64,000 bases of DNA from the NCBI GenBank assembly GCA_965207225.1, contig CBDBLV010000004.1:160001-224000 (forward strand). The letters are read 5' to 3'. A program made the position numbers and the translations under genes. This stretch comes from Dehalococcoidia bacterium. Lineage in GTDB: Bacteria > Chloroflexota > Dehalococcoidia > Plut-88900. The notes below the pieces were generated by a model, which was not told the origin of the DNA, made no database searches, and saw only the letters and a program-made list of their open reading frames with translations. Positions 10,202 to 19,903 of the stretch are shown in pieces (position 1 is the stretch's first letter; every line of letters starts with the position of its first letter).

Positions 10202-11737
10202 ATGAACCGCAACCGTAACCGTAACCCAGACACCATGGCAGAAGAAGAGGGCCTGGACCCCGAGCAGGAGAATGGGGTAAAGGCTCCCATTGTCGCCAAC
10301 CTCAACGGTGGGGAGACCGACTACCGTAAGGTGATCGGTGCCGCCATCGCCACGACCAGCGTCCTGGACCTCCTCAACCCCGACCGCCCTCAACACTCGG
10401 ACGGGCCGACCAAGGTGGAGAAGGTGCTGGCGGCGGCCCAGGCAACAATCGACCAGGAGATGGTCGATGACCCGGTCCGCATGTACTTGCGGGAGATAGG
10501 TCGGGTCAGGCTTCTCAGCGCCAGAGACGAACGGATCCTGGCCCGGCGCATGGAGGGCGGCAAACTTCTTTCCATCATCGAAGAGAGGCTGCTCGAAGAG
10601 ATCGGCACTGACCCTTCATCCTCGGACGTGGTTACGGCGATGCTGGAGCACCTCGGGAGGACCGGCCCGACCATCGACAAGATGGCCTACGAGCTCGGGC
10701 TCACGCCCCCCGTGACCCTCGCACACCTCACTACGCATCCCATCCTTCGCAACGCAATTAAGGCGGAGATCGACTCCGAACTGGCCGCATCCATAGGCGA
10801 GGCACTGGGAAGAGACCCCGAGGAAGTCGACGAAGACCTGGTCGTAGCCTCGGTGGAGGCCCGGATCATGCCAGAGACGGCAATCCAGGCCCTCGGCCCG
10901 GACACCCTGCTGGTAGACATTCCCGAAAGACTGCGGAACACCGGTGTAGCCGTGGCCCTGGCCACCATTAATCCCCGTTTCCGCCGTGACCTCAACGTGC
11001 TCAAGGACGAGGGCGGAAGGGCCCAGCGCCACCTGACAGAGGCCAATCTACGGCTGGTGGTCAGCGTGGCCAAGAAGTACATCGGGCGTGGGATGTCGCT
11101 CCTGGACTTGATCCAGGAGGGCAACATCGGCCTCATAAGGGCCGTGGAGAAGTTTGACTACCGGAAGGGCTACAAGTTCAGCACCTACGCCACATGGTGG
11201 ATCCGACAGGCCATCACCCGCGCCATTGCAGACCAGGCCCGCACCATCCGAATCCCCGTCCACATGGTAGAGACCATCAACAAACTCCTCAGGATGAGCC
11301 GACGCCTGGTCCAGGAGTATGGTCGGGAGCCGACCAGCGAGGAGATCAGCCAGGGAATGGAGATCACCCCCGAAAAAGTGCGGGACATCATCAAGATTTC
11401 CCAGGAGCCCGTTTCCCTGGAAACCCCTGTGGGCGAAGAGGATGACAGCCACCTCGGGGACTTCATCGAGGACCGTTCGACCCTCGCCCCCGCCGACGCC
11501 GCATCCCACCAGCTTCTGAAGGAGCAGGTGAACGAGGTACTTGAAACCCTGAACGGCAGGGAAAAGAAGGTCCTCCAGTTGCGATTCGGGCTGGAAGACG
11601 GGCGCAGCAGGACACTGGAAGAGGTCGGGCGGGAGTTTGGGGTGACCCGGGAGCGGATACGCCAGATAGAGGCCAAGGCGCTCCGCAAACTCCGCCACCC
11701 CACCCGCAGCAAGAAACTGCGCGACTTTCTGGAGTAG
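10202..11737 (+). CDS. rpoD: RNA polymerase primary sigma factor
   Basis: [53 protein letters not shown]; start may be 10235. Confidence 0.96.
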   Translation: MNRNRNRNPDTMAEEEGLDPEQENGVKAPIVANLNGGETDYRKVIGAAIATTSVLDLLNPDRPQHSDGPTKVEKVLAAAQATIDQEMVDDPVRMYLREIGRVRLLSARDERILARRMEGGKLLSIIEERLLEEIGTDPSSSDVVTAMLEHLGRTGPTIDKMAYELGLTPPVTLAHLTTHPILRNAIKAEIDSELAASIGEALGRDPEEVDEDLVVASVEARIMPETAIQALGPDTLLVDIPERLRNTGVAVALATINPRFRRDLNVLKDEGGRAQRHLTEANLRLVVSVAKKYIGRGMSLLDLIQEGNIGLIRAVEKFDYRKGYKFSTYATWWIRQAITRAIADQARTIRIPVHMVETINKLLRMSRRLVQEYGREPTSEEISQGMEITPEKVRDIIKISQEPVSLETPVGEEDDSHLGDFIEDRSTLAPADAASHQLLKEQVNEVLETLNGREKKVLQLRFGLEDGRSRTLEEVGREFGVTRERIRQIEAKALRKLRHPTRSKKLRDFLE

Positions 11738-11892
11738 TTCTTCCTCTGCCCCGTGCATTTCGAACCGCCTGCGCAGATACGGGCCAAGGGCCTTAGTCCG
11801 GCCAACCCGCTTAACCCCTTTCCAGCCTTGGCCAACACACATCTCCGCTTCCACGCCGGTACCCGCACGCATCTTGTTACGGAGCTAGGATT

Positions 11893-12798
11893 TTGAAAAT
11901 CCTCAAGGACCCGCGCCTAGACGTCAGGTTCTTGCCGACACTGATCATCCGAACGGTCAAAGAGCTAGGCGACGACGATGCCACCCACATGGCTGCCGGC
12001 GTCGCCTACTACGCACTCTTCTCCCTCTTCCCATTGCTATTAGGGATCATCGCCATCATCGGAATGGCGTCCGAATCCGCCTCAACACGGCAAAGGATTC
12101 TGGAGTGGACATCCGAGAGTTTTCCGGGCGCCGGGGACCTGATTTCGGACAACATTGTTGCCTCCATCGAGGCGTCGGGCTCCCTGGGGGCAATATCTAT
12201 CATCGGGCTAATCTGGGCTGGGAGCGCCATATTCGGCGCGATTACAAAGGCAGTGAACCGGGCCTGGGATATAGAGGAAGACCGGCCCTTCGTGAAGAAC
12301 AAGATCATGCAGCTTACGATGGCCGTGGGGGTCGCCATTCTCTTCGCTCTGGCCCTGGCCAGCGCATCCATAGCTCAGGCCTCGGGCCGCTTCGGAGACA
12401 CCAAGGCCTTTCTCCTCGGCCACGCCGACCATGTCCCCGGCCTGGTACTCTTCCGGCTGCTGTCTTTCATAGCCAACCTGGCTATTTTCCTTACCCTTTA
12501 CAAGGTCATCCCCAACACCAAGACTCACTGGCGTTACATCTGGCCAGGAGCCCTGGCAGCAGCCCTCCTGTTCGAGGGGGGGAAGTATCTCTTCGTCTTC
12601 TACCTGGACAATTTTGCTACCCTCAGCGCAGTGTATGGCTCCATCGGGTCCGTTATCGTACTGCTGCTGTGGGCCTACGTGAGCGCCTTTATCCTGATTC
12701 TCGGCGCTGAACTGAGTTCCGAATACGGCAGGATGCTGCAGGGTGTTGAAAGGGGCCGGAATACGGGCAACAGGTCGGGGACAGGCAGGGTCTTCTAG
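11893..12798 (+). CDS. YihY/BrkB family inner membrane protein
   Basis: AAGVAYYALFSLFP, VYGSIGSVIVLLLW...GAEL; multiple TM helices. Confidence 0.88.
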   Translation: MKILKDPRLDVRFLPTLIIRTVKELGDDDATHMAAGVAYYALFSLFPLLLGIIAIIGMASESASTRQRILEWTSESFPGAGDLISDNIVASIEASGSLGAISIIGLIWAGSAIFGAITKAVNRAWDIEEDRPFVKNKIMQLTMAVGVAILFALALASASIAQASGRFGDTKAFLLGHADHVPGLVLFRLLSFIANLAIFLTLYKVIPNTKTHWRYIWPGALAAALLFEGGKYLFVFYLDNFATLSAVYGSIGSVIVLLLWAYVSAFILILGAELSSEYGRMLQGVERGRNTGNRSGTGRVF

Positions 12799-12801
12799 CT
12801 T

Positions 12802-13488
12802 ATGGAATCCCTGGAAGAACTGAACGATCGCATAGTTTCCTGCACACGGTGCCCGAGGCTCATACAGTGGTGTCGGGACGTGGCGCAGGCAAAGCGTCGC
12901 ATGTACATTGATTGGGAGTACTGGGGAAAGCCGGTGCCCGGGTTCGGGGACCCGGAGGCTCGGGTGCTGGTGGTCGGGCTGGCACCCGCAGCCCACGGGG
13001 CCAACCGCACGGGCCGACTCTTCACCGGTGACGACAGCGGCAACTGGCTTTACAACGCCCTATTCCGGCAGGGCTGGGCCAACCAGCCGATAGCTACCCA
13101 TCGCGGCGACGGCATGACACTTACCGACGCGTACATTACGGCCGCGGCCCGGTGCGCTCCACCCCAGAACCGCCCCACCCCCGAGGAGCTATCCAACTGC
13201 ATTCCCTACCTGGATGCAGAGTTGGACCTTCTGGACAGGCTGGAAGTTGTGATAGCGTTCGGCGGGATTGCCTTTGACCGGTTTCTGCGGTTGTGGAAGA
13301 GTCGGGGGAACGAAGTTCCGGCACCCAGGCCCCGGTTCGGCCACAACGTGGTCCACGAACTGCCGCCGGGTCTGAAGCTGGTCGGGTGCTATCACCCGAG
13401 CCGGCAGAACACCAATACGGGCAAACTGACCCGCGAAATGCTCGATGAGGCATTTGCTACGGCGAAGTCGCTCCTCACCAATCCCTGA
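12802..13488 (+). CDS. Uracil-DNA glycosylase, family 5 (UdgB-like)
   Basis: CTRCPRL Fe-S motif, GLAPAAHGANRTGR, YHPSRQNT. Confidence 0.9.
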   Translation: MESLEELNDRIVSCTRCPRLIQWCRDVAQAKRRMYIDWEYWGKPVPGFGDPEARVLVVGLAPAAHGANRTGRLFTGDDSGNWLYNALFRQGWANQPIATHRGDGMTLTDAYITAAARCAPPQNRPTPEELSNCIPYLDAELDLLDRLEVVIAFGGIAFDRFLRLWKSRGNEVPAPRPRFGHNVVHELPPGLKLVGCYHPSRQNTNTGKLTREMLDEAFATAKSLLTNP

Positions 13489-13545
13489 TCCAGTCGCAAC
13501 GCTGTATAATTCCCACGGACTTTCAGACACCCCGAGGCTTTACCC

Positions 13546-14847
13546 ATGACTCACGGCAACCTTTCCACCTTCCCTTCGACCACCATCATCAACAACCAGG
13601 ACCATTTGTCCATCGGCTGCTGCGATCTCATAGACCTCGCCCAGGATTTCGGAACGCCCCTATACATCTTTGACGAGGTCACGCTCCGGGACATGTGCGC
13701 CCAGTTCCGGGATGAGTTCGCCTCCCGCTACCCCGACTCCCAGGTCCTCTACGCCAGCAAGGCCTACATCAACCCGGCCCTAGCCCGGATTTTCAGCGAG
13801 GAAGGACTGGGGCTTGACGTAGTCTCGGGCGGCGAGCTGGCCGTGGCGCAGGCCGCAGACTTCAACGCCAATCTCGTCTACTTCCACGGCAATAACAAGG
13901 GCCCCGAGGAGCTTGAAGCGGCCCTGGACTGGGGAATCGGACGGGTGGTTGTCGATAACCCACGGGAGATGGAGCTCATTGATGCGATCGCCCGGGACCG
14001 GGGCATCGTACAGGATATCCTGATACGTGTTTCTCCGGGCGTCGACCCTCATACCCACAGCCACACCACGACGGGCATCCTGGACAGCAAATTCGGCATT
14101 CCGATAGAGACGGGACTGGCGGAGCAGGCCGTTCAGCAAGCCATGTCGTCTGCCAATCTGCGGCTCCTGGGTCTCCACTTCCACCTCGGGTCTCCCATCT
14201 ACGAGATAGAGCCGTATACCACCGCAATCGACGTCACGATGTCCTTCGCTTCAGAAATGGAGGACCGGCACGGGCTTGAGCTCAAGGAGTTCAGCCCGGG
14301 GGGCGGCTTTGCCATCCAGTACACCGCAGACGAACCTCCACCCGACGTCTCCCAATACGCCGACGCCATAACATCGGCAATTCTGGAACGTACCCAGACT
14401 CCACCCCGGCTCCTCATTGAGCCAGGTCGGGCGATTGCGGGTCGGGCGGGGGTGGCCCTGTATAGCGTCGGGACCACAAAGGACGTGCCCGGAATCCGCA
14501 AGTACGTCTCGGTGGACGGCGGGATGGGGGACAACATACGGCCGGCCATCTACGGGTCCCGATACGAGGCAATGGTTGCGAACCGGGCGTCGGCACCGAT
14601 CCAGGAGACGGTCACCATCGCCGGCAAGTTCTGTGAGTCGGGGGACATCCTCGTGGAAAACGTAGATCTCCCCGTAGTGGACAGCGACGACCTGATAGCG
14701 ATTCCAGCCTCCGGTGCGTACTGCCTTGCCATGGCCTCCAATTACAACGCCGCCCCCCGACCACCCATCGTCCTGGTCAAGGACGGGGAGCCACGCCTGA
14801 TCCGCCGCCGGGAGACCTTCCAGGATCTCATGCTGTGCGATCTCTGA
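13546..14847 (+). CDS. lysA: Diaminopimelate decarboxylase
   Basis: YASKA PLP lysine, HGNNK, HFHLGS, EPGRA, GKFCESGD, MASNYN. Confidence 0.95.
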   Translation: MTHGNLSTFPSTTIINNQDHLSIGCCDLIDLAQDFGTPLYIFDEVTLRDMCAQFRDEFASRYPDSQVLYASKAYINPALARIFSEEGLGLDVVSGGELAVAQAADFNANLVYFHGNNKGPEELEAALDWGIGRVVVDNPREMELIDAIARDRGIVQDILIRVSPGVDPHTHSHTTTGILDSKFGIPIETGLAEQAVQQAMSSANLRLLGLHFHLGSPIYEIEPYTTAIDVTMSFASEMEDRHGLELKEFSPGGGFAIQYTADEPPPDVSQYADAITSAILERTQTPPRLLIEPGRAIAGRAGVALYSVGTTKDVPGIRKYVSVDGGMGDNIRPAIYGSRYEAMVANRASAPIQETVTIAGKFCESGDILVENVDLPVVDSDDLIAIPASGAYCLAMASNYNAAPRPPIVLVKDGEPRLIRRRETFQDLMLCDL

Positions 14848-15878
14848 TCGGCGCCGAGGCTCCCCGCATATACGGGCAGCATGGCATCCTCAACCTGCTT
14901 CACACGGCATCCGCCGCCGGCAGGCTGGCGCATGCCTATCTGCTGGTGGGGCCTCCTCACGTGGGCAAGATGACAGTGGCGCTGCACCTGGCCCAACTGG
15001 TCAACTGCGAAGATCCGAGGCCCGGGCCCTGCCAAGATTGCGCCCAGTGCTCCCGCATCGCGTCGGGGCATCATGCGGATGTGCAGGCTATTGGGTTGCC
15101 CGTAAACGAGGACGGCTCGCTGGGAACTCAGGTGCGCATCGAGCAGGTGCGAGAGCTCCGCAAGCAGGCCAGCTTGCGCCCTTATGAGGGTCGGACTCGA
15201 GTCTTCATTCTGCAGGACGCCGAACTCCTTACCACCGAGGCGGCCAACAGCCTGCTCAAGTACCTGGAAGAACCTCCTCCCAATGTTCTTCTAGTCCTTC
15301 TGACCGCCGACGAAGACGCCCTCCTACCGACCGTTGTGTCCCGTTGCCAGCGCATCGAGCTCAGGGCCATGCCTCTTCCCGAGCTGGAGCGAGTGTTGAC
15401 CGCAGATTACGGGGTTGAGGGCGAACGTGCAGCGCTATTGTCACGACTCTCCGGCGGCTGCCCCGGCTGGGCTATCTCTGCGGCGCAAGAGCCCGCTATC
15501 CTCGATGCCCGGCTGGAAGCGTTGAACGAGCAGGCATCCCTCGTCGAGGCCGACCTCCCGACCCGCTTCCGATTTGCCAGCTCGCTGGGCAACGCGTTCT
15601 ACAGGGACAGGCCTCGGGTGAGGGGTATGCTAGACCTCTGCCAGTCCTGGTGGATGGACCTCCTCTTATACACCGCCGCTGTCCCAGAGCAGGCAGTAAA
15701 CGTCCACATGGCAGAGAAGCTGGATGCCCAGGCTCAAGGCCTGACCATCCACCAGGCCCACGCGTTCCTCAGCGACCTAGCCCGTGCTCGAGATATGCTG
15801 GAGCGCAACGCCATTCCCCGTCTCGCCCTGGAGTGGCTAATGCTCAAGATGCCCGTACAGGGTAAGAAGGCGGCTTAG
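14835..15878 (+). CDS. holB: DNA polymerase III delta-prime subunit
   Basis: HAYLLVGPPHVGK, CxxCxxC zinc motif, AANSLLKYLEEPP, SRC motif; exact start uncertain. Confidence 0.92.
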   Translation: MRSLIGAEAPRIYGQHGILNLLHTASAAGRLAHAYLLVGPPHVGKMTVALHLAQLVNCEDPRPGPCQDCAQCSRIASGHHADVQAIGLPVNEDGSLGTQVRIEQVRELRKQASLRPYEGRTRVFILQDAELLTTEAANSLLKYLEEPPPNVLLVLLTADEDALLPTVVSRCQRIELRAMPLPELERVLTADYGVEGERAALLSRLSGGCPGWAISAAQEPAILDARLEALNEQASLVEADLPTRFRFASSLGNAFYRDRPRVRGMLDLCQSWWMDLLLYTAAVPEQAVNVHMAEKLDAQAQGLTIHQAHAFLSDLARARDMLERNAIPRLALEWLMLKMPVQGKKAA

Positions 15879-15886
15879 GAGACGAG

Positions 15887-16120
15887 TTGGCGTCCATCGC
15901 AGGGGTAAGGCTGAAGCGATCGGGGCCCGTGCTCTACTACGACGCCGGCGCCCTAGAACTCAGCGTCAACGACTTCGTGGTTGTGGAGACCGACGATGGA
16001 GACCGGCTGGGCCGGGTGGCCTTCACGCCCGACCAACTTCTACTCATACAATTGAGAGAATATGCAGGCTCCATCCTGAGGTTGGCCACGGAGGAGGAAC
16101 TGGGCTCGGGGCTTCTCTGA
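15887..16120 (+). CDS. Short protein resembling the N-terminal part of PSP1/YaaT (RicT)
   Basis: GVRLKRSGPVLYYD...VVVET...G...ILRLAT resembles the YaaT N-terminus; holB-yaaT synteny; only 77 aa. Confidence 0.6.
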   Translation: MASIAGVRLKRSGPVLYYDAGALELSVNDFVVVETDDGDRLGRVAFTPDQLLLIQLREYAGSILRLATEEELGSGLL

Positions 16121-16127
16121 AACCGGA

Positions 16128-16646
16128 TCAGGCGGGGACGAACTTCCGCCATTCCTCCCGGGTGCTCAGATACGGCCCCAGGTCCCGGTAGCGTCTTGAG
16201 GGCGGTCTGACAGGCACTCGCCTAAGCCTCATGCCCGCCTGTTCGGGGGTGCGGCCCGCCTTCCGCAGATTGCACGGTACGCAAGCGCTGACCACGTTCT
16301 CCCAGGTGTGCATACCCCCCGCCCGGCGCGGCACCACGTGGTCAAGGGTCAGGTTAGGCACCTGCTTTTCGCAGTACTGGCAGAAGTGCTTGTCCCTTAC
16401 AAACACCTCCCGCCGGGAAAGGCGGGGAGGAAGCATGGGGCGTTTGATCATGTGGCCGAGCCTGATTACGGAAGGTAACTCGAACCAGGCCTCGGCGCTG
16501 CGCATTTCACCCCTGCCGTTCTCCAGGGTCTCGGCCTTGCCCTTGAGGAGGAGGACGACGGCGCGCCGCATGTTACAGACGTTAAGGGGTTCGTAGTTCT
16601 GGTTCAGGACCAGAACGGCCTTGTTGACCGGTATCGTGCGAGCCAT
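16128..16646 (-). CDS. HNH endonuclease (McrA-like)
   Basis: VLVLNQNYEPL, RDKHFCQYC, TLDHVVP, WENVVSACVPCN. Confidence 0.9.
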   Translation of the reverse strand: MARTIPVNKAVLVLNQNYEPLNVCNMRRAVVLLLKGKAETLENGRGEMRSAEAWFELPSVIRLGHMIKRPMLPPRLSRREVFVRDKHFCQYCEKQVPNLTLDHVVPRRAGGMHTWENVVSACVPCNLRKAGRTPEQAGMRLRRVPVRPPSRRYRDLGPYLSTREEWRKFVPA

Positions 16647-16676
16647 TCGCTAAGGGGTTGAGTCCTAACTGGGCCA

Positions 16677-17363
16677 CTAAGGAGGTCGAGTTGATTCTAT
16701 CACACGCCGTTGATTCCCCTGCAACCAACCCCGGGCTCCGACCAGGATCGTCAGCCATACGGCGCCCATAACAAGCGCGCCTGCTGTATCGCTGGGCCAG
16801 TGGGCACCAAGGTAGACGCGGGACATTGCCATCGCCGCTACCAGCAGAACGAGGGCAACCTGGGCGATCCTGGCAGGTATAGCACACCGTCCACCTAGGC
16901 CCGACAGTACTATCGCCATACCACCAAAGCACACGACTGCGAACATGACGTGGCCGCTGGGGAAGCCGTAGGTTGTGAGTTCTTCGTGCACCTCCAGCAG
17001 TGAGGGGTCGGGACGGGGGCTTGCGACTACACGCTTGACGGCCCAGTTGACGCCTACACTAATTGCGACGAGGGCCACGAACAGCCCTGCGTCGGACCGG
17101 CGGCCAACAACGAACAGAACCAACCCCAGACACGCCGTGATAATGGATCCCGGGACCCACCACCCCACCGCCGACACCCCTCTCATCGCTTCGTCAAACA
17201 CGGGCAAGGATATCGACTGTACCCACTCGGCCAGTGGCAGGTCGCCGGGGAAGCGGTCCAGTCGGGCGGCGGTTAGCGACATCCCCACCGACACCGCGAC
17301 CAGCAGCATGAGAATGAGAGTCAGCCGCTGGACCGGGGCGAGATGGAAGGAGACGGATTGCAC
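16677..17363 (-). CDS. PAP2 family membrane phosphatase
   Basis: KxxxxxxRP, FPSGH, SRVYLGAHWPSD; start uncertain. Confidence 0.88.
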   Translation of the reverse strand: MQSVSFHLAPVQRLTLILMLLVAVSVGMSLTAARLDRFPGDLPLAEWVQSISLPVFDEAMRGVSAVGWWVPGSIITACLGLVLFVVGRRSDAGLFVALVAISVGVNWAVKRVVASPRPDPSLLEVHEELTTYGFPSGHVMFAVVCFGGMAIVLSGLGGRCAIPARIAQVALVLLVAAMAMSRVYLGAHWPSDTAGALVMGAVWLTILVGARGWLQGNQRRVIESTRPP

Positions 17364-17375
17364 CTCTGCGGCAGT

Positions 17376-17687
17376 CTAAAGACCGATGACGGACTTACGC
17401 AGGACTTCGTTAAGCCTTGTCTGCCAACCCCGTCCGGTACTCCGAAAGTGGGCTACGATGTCTGCGTCGAGCCGTACGGTGACCTTTTCCTTGATTGGCG
17501 CCTTCTGCTTGCCTCGCCCGGGCCGGTGGCGCTCCACGATGTGAGGCATGACTTCGATTGCCGGACGAGCCCGTCGGAACCAATCATCGTCCAACTCGAA
17601 GTCGTCCGGGTCTTCGGCAATCTGGCGCTGTATCTCTGCTTCTTCTTCGTCTGTTGGGCTGATGTGTCCTGGCTTAAGTTCCGGCAT
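17376..17687 (-). CDS. brnA: BrnA family antitoxin
   Basis: C-terminal KEKVTVRLDADIVAHFRSTGRGWQTRLNEVLR ribbon-helix-helix. Confidence 0.88.
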   Translation of the reverse strand: MPELKPGHISPTDEEEAEIQRQIAEDPDDFELDDDWFRRARPAIEVMPHIVERHRPGRGKQKAPIKEKVTVRLDADIVAHFRSTGRGWQTRLNEVLRKSVIGL

Positions 17688-17940
17688 GTCCCTGCTCCTC
17701 CTTCCGGCTAGCAACTCTCAAGCTGATGATCCGCGTTCTGTCACCCCTCTCGGTATATACGACCCTATAGAGCCGGCCGCCGATATATCCGGTGGCGATC
17801 CAGCGAGACTCACCATGTCGGTCGCTGGGTGCGGTCCTGGCGGTCTCCCATTCAAAGTCCAATATCGCTTCGAAGCTGACACGTCCTCTTTCTATGTTGG
17901 ACCGACTCTTGGCTTCATCCCACTCATATTTGATGTCCAT
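17674..17940 (-). CDS. brnT: BrnT family toxin
   Basis: YEWDEAKSRSNIE, GESRWIATG, RIISLRVA; overlaps downstream antitoxin. Confidence 0.88.
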   Translation of the reverse strand: MDIKYEWDEAKSRSNIERGRVSFEAILDFEWETARTAPSDRHGESRWIATGYIGGRLYRVVYTERGDRTRIISLRVASRKEEQGHAGT

Positions 17941-18061
17941 ATTGTCCTGACATTATAACTGTTCATCAACAGGTGCAGGCCTGGCACGACATTAGTTAAA
18001 CCCCGAGGCCGTTGTTCACTTATAATGAAATGAACTTCCACTAACAGACAGGAACAGGAAC

Positions 18062-19402
18062 TTGCTTGAATCCTTAACCGAAAAGATTACAGGTGTACTT
18101 GAGCGGCTCGGGGGGAAGGCCAGGCTCACCGAGGAGACGATCAACGAGGCCCTCCGCGAAGTCCGGCTGGCCCTGCTGGAGGCCGACGTCAACTTCAAGG
18201 TGGCCAAGACCTTCGTGGCAAGGGTCAAGGAGCGCTGCCTGACTGCGGAGGTACTGGATGCCCTGACCCCATCCCAGCAGGTGCTGACCATAGTGCACGA
18301 GGAGCTGACCGAGATTCTCGGGGCGGAGGGGCATGACCTGGAGACGCCAGAAGACACTCCCGGTGTCATCATCCTGGCCGGACTGCAGGGCTCCGGTAAG
18401 ACCACGACTGCGGCCAAGCTCGCCCTGCATCTCCGACGGAACGAGAAGTCCGCCATGATGGTGGCCGCGGACTTACAGAGGCCCGCTGCCGTCGACCAAC
18501 TGGTCTCCCTCGGCAGGCAGATCAGCGTGCCCGTACATAGCGAACCCCCGGGCTCCGATCCGGTGGACGTGGCAAAGAACGGCTTGAGGGAAGCGCGGGC
18601 GGAGGGAGTTGACTGGGTCATAGTCGACACGGCGGGCCGGTTGAACATCGACGACGAGCTCATGGAGGAGCTTTCGAAGATCAAGAAAGCCGTCTCGCCG
18701 GACGATGCACTCCTAGTCGTCGACTCCATGACGGGCCAGGAAGCGGTCAGCGTGGCGGAGGAGTTCAACAAGCGTATCGGGCTGACGGGGCTCATTCTCA
18801 CGAAGATGGACGGCGATGCGCGGGGCGGAGCAGCCCTTTCGGTAACATCGGTCACGGGTGTGCCGATCAAGTTCATGGGAGTCGGGGAGAAGGCGGATGC
18901 GCTGGAGCCGTACCACCCGGACAGGCTGGCTTCGCGCATACTGGGAATGGGAGACGTCCAGACCCTGGTCGAAAAGGCCAAGGTGAGCATGGACGAGGCG
19001 CGGGCGAGGGAGATGGAGCGCAAGATGCGCAACGCCACCTTCACCCTAGAGGACTTCCTGGAGCAGATGCACCAGCTGCGGGACATGGGGGGCCTGGGGC
19101 AGGTGCTGGACATGATTCCCGGCATGGGCAAGCTGAAGAACCGGCTGGGCCCCGGCGACATAGACGACGACAAGCTGAAGAAGACCGAGGCGATTATCCT
19201 TTCGATGACCCCCGAAGAGCGGCGGAACCCGCAGATGATAGGCGGGAGCCGCAAGCGTCGGATCTGCAGGGGCAGCGGGACCATGCCACAGGACGTGAAC
19301 CAGCTGCTGAACCAGTTCCGGCAGATGCAGAAGATGATGAAGGCGATGGCGGGGTCGAAGCCGCGGATGCGGGGGCAGCAGCTGGCGCAGCTTTTCCGGT
19401 AG
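18062..19402 (+). CDS. ffh: Signal recognition particle protein
   Basis: GLQGSGKTT, DTAGR, TKMDGDARGG, M-domain IILSMTPEER...SRKRRI. Confidence 0.97.
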   Translation: MLESLTEKITGVLERLGGKARLTEETINEALREVRLALLEADVNFKVAKTFVARVKERCLTAEVLDALTPSQQVLTIVHEELTEILGAEGHDLETPEDTPGVIILAGLQGSGKTTTAAKLALHLRRNEKSAMMVAADLQRPAAVDQLVSLGRQISVPVHSEPPGSDPVDVAKNGLREARAEGVDWVIVDTAGRLNIDDELMEELSKIKKAVSPDDALLVVDSMTGQEAVSVAEEFNKRIGLTGLILTKMDGDARGGAALSVTSVTGVPIKFMGVGEKADALEPYHPDRLASRILGMGDVQTLVEKAKVSMDEARAREMERKMRNATFTLEDFLEQMHQLRDMGGLGQVLDMIPGMGKLKNRLGPGDIDDDKLKKTEAIILSMTPEERRNPQMIGGSRKRRICRGSGTMPQDVNQLLNQFRQMQKMMKAMAGSKPRMRGQQLAQLFR

Positions 19403-19642
19403 GGCGGCCCGGTTCTGGGCAGGGCGATTCGGCGATTGCGCCTGCCGGGGGCGAGGTCGGCTTGAGGCAACAGGACATCCCCACCCTTCAGATCCCCGGG
19501 ATTAAGTGGAGTCCCACCCGCCCACCCTGTCTTATTGCCATATCAAAAATGCGGTGCATTTTTGATATGGCTTTACCAAGGGGGACGTCAAGGAAGAATG
19601 TGGACTGCATGGGACTGCGTGGATTTTGGGGAGTTGCGCCCT

Positions 19643-19903
19643 GGATTCCTCACGGGGCGTCGGAATGGGGAAGGGGGTCAGGGAGGGGGGCGGCCTCGGG
19701 CGATGCGGGGTTGGGGAGGTGGGGGTGGGTCTTCGTCATGGGGTGACGGGTCGGTGGTATGGGGGCCGACCGCCGCTCGCGCTTCGGGGGCCTCAGCACG
19801 AGCGGCCCCGCCGACGGGGAGGGTGTCAACGAAGGACGCTCCTACGGGTAAGGGTGTGGATTCAGTTATGGGCGTGAGAGATTCCTCGCGGGGCATCGGA
19901 ATG
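19643..19903 (+). repeat. Cluster of REP-like palindromes (family B x2, CGCTCG...CAGCACGAGCG type, GTAG-type ending CCTAC)
   Basis: Family B at 19643 and 19879; GGGCCTCAGCACGAGCG (~19788) recurs at ~28315; GACGCTCCTAC at ~19835. Confidence 0.65.

Noticed and set aside
16128-17940. HNH + PAP2 + BrnTA as a defence island or prophage remnant
   Set aside because: Common stand-alone families; no integrase, flanking repeats or phage genes seen
18016-19470. 484-aa antisense ORF opposite ffh
   Set aside because: Shadow ORF from codon bias; no recognisable motifs
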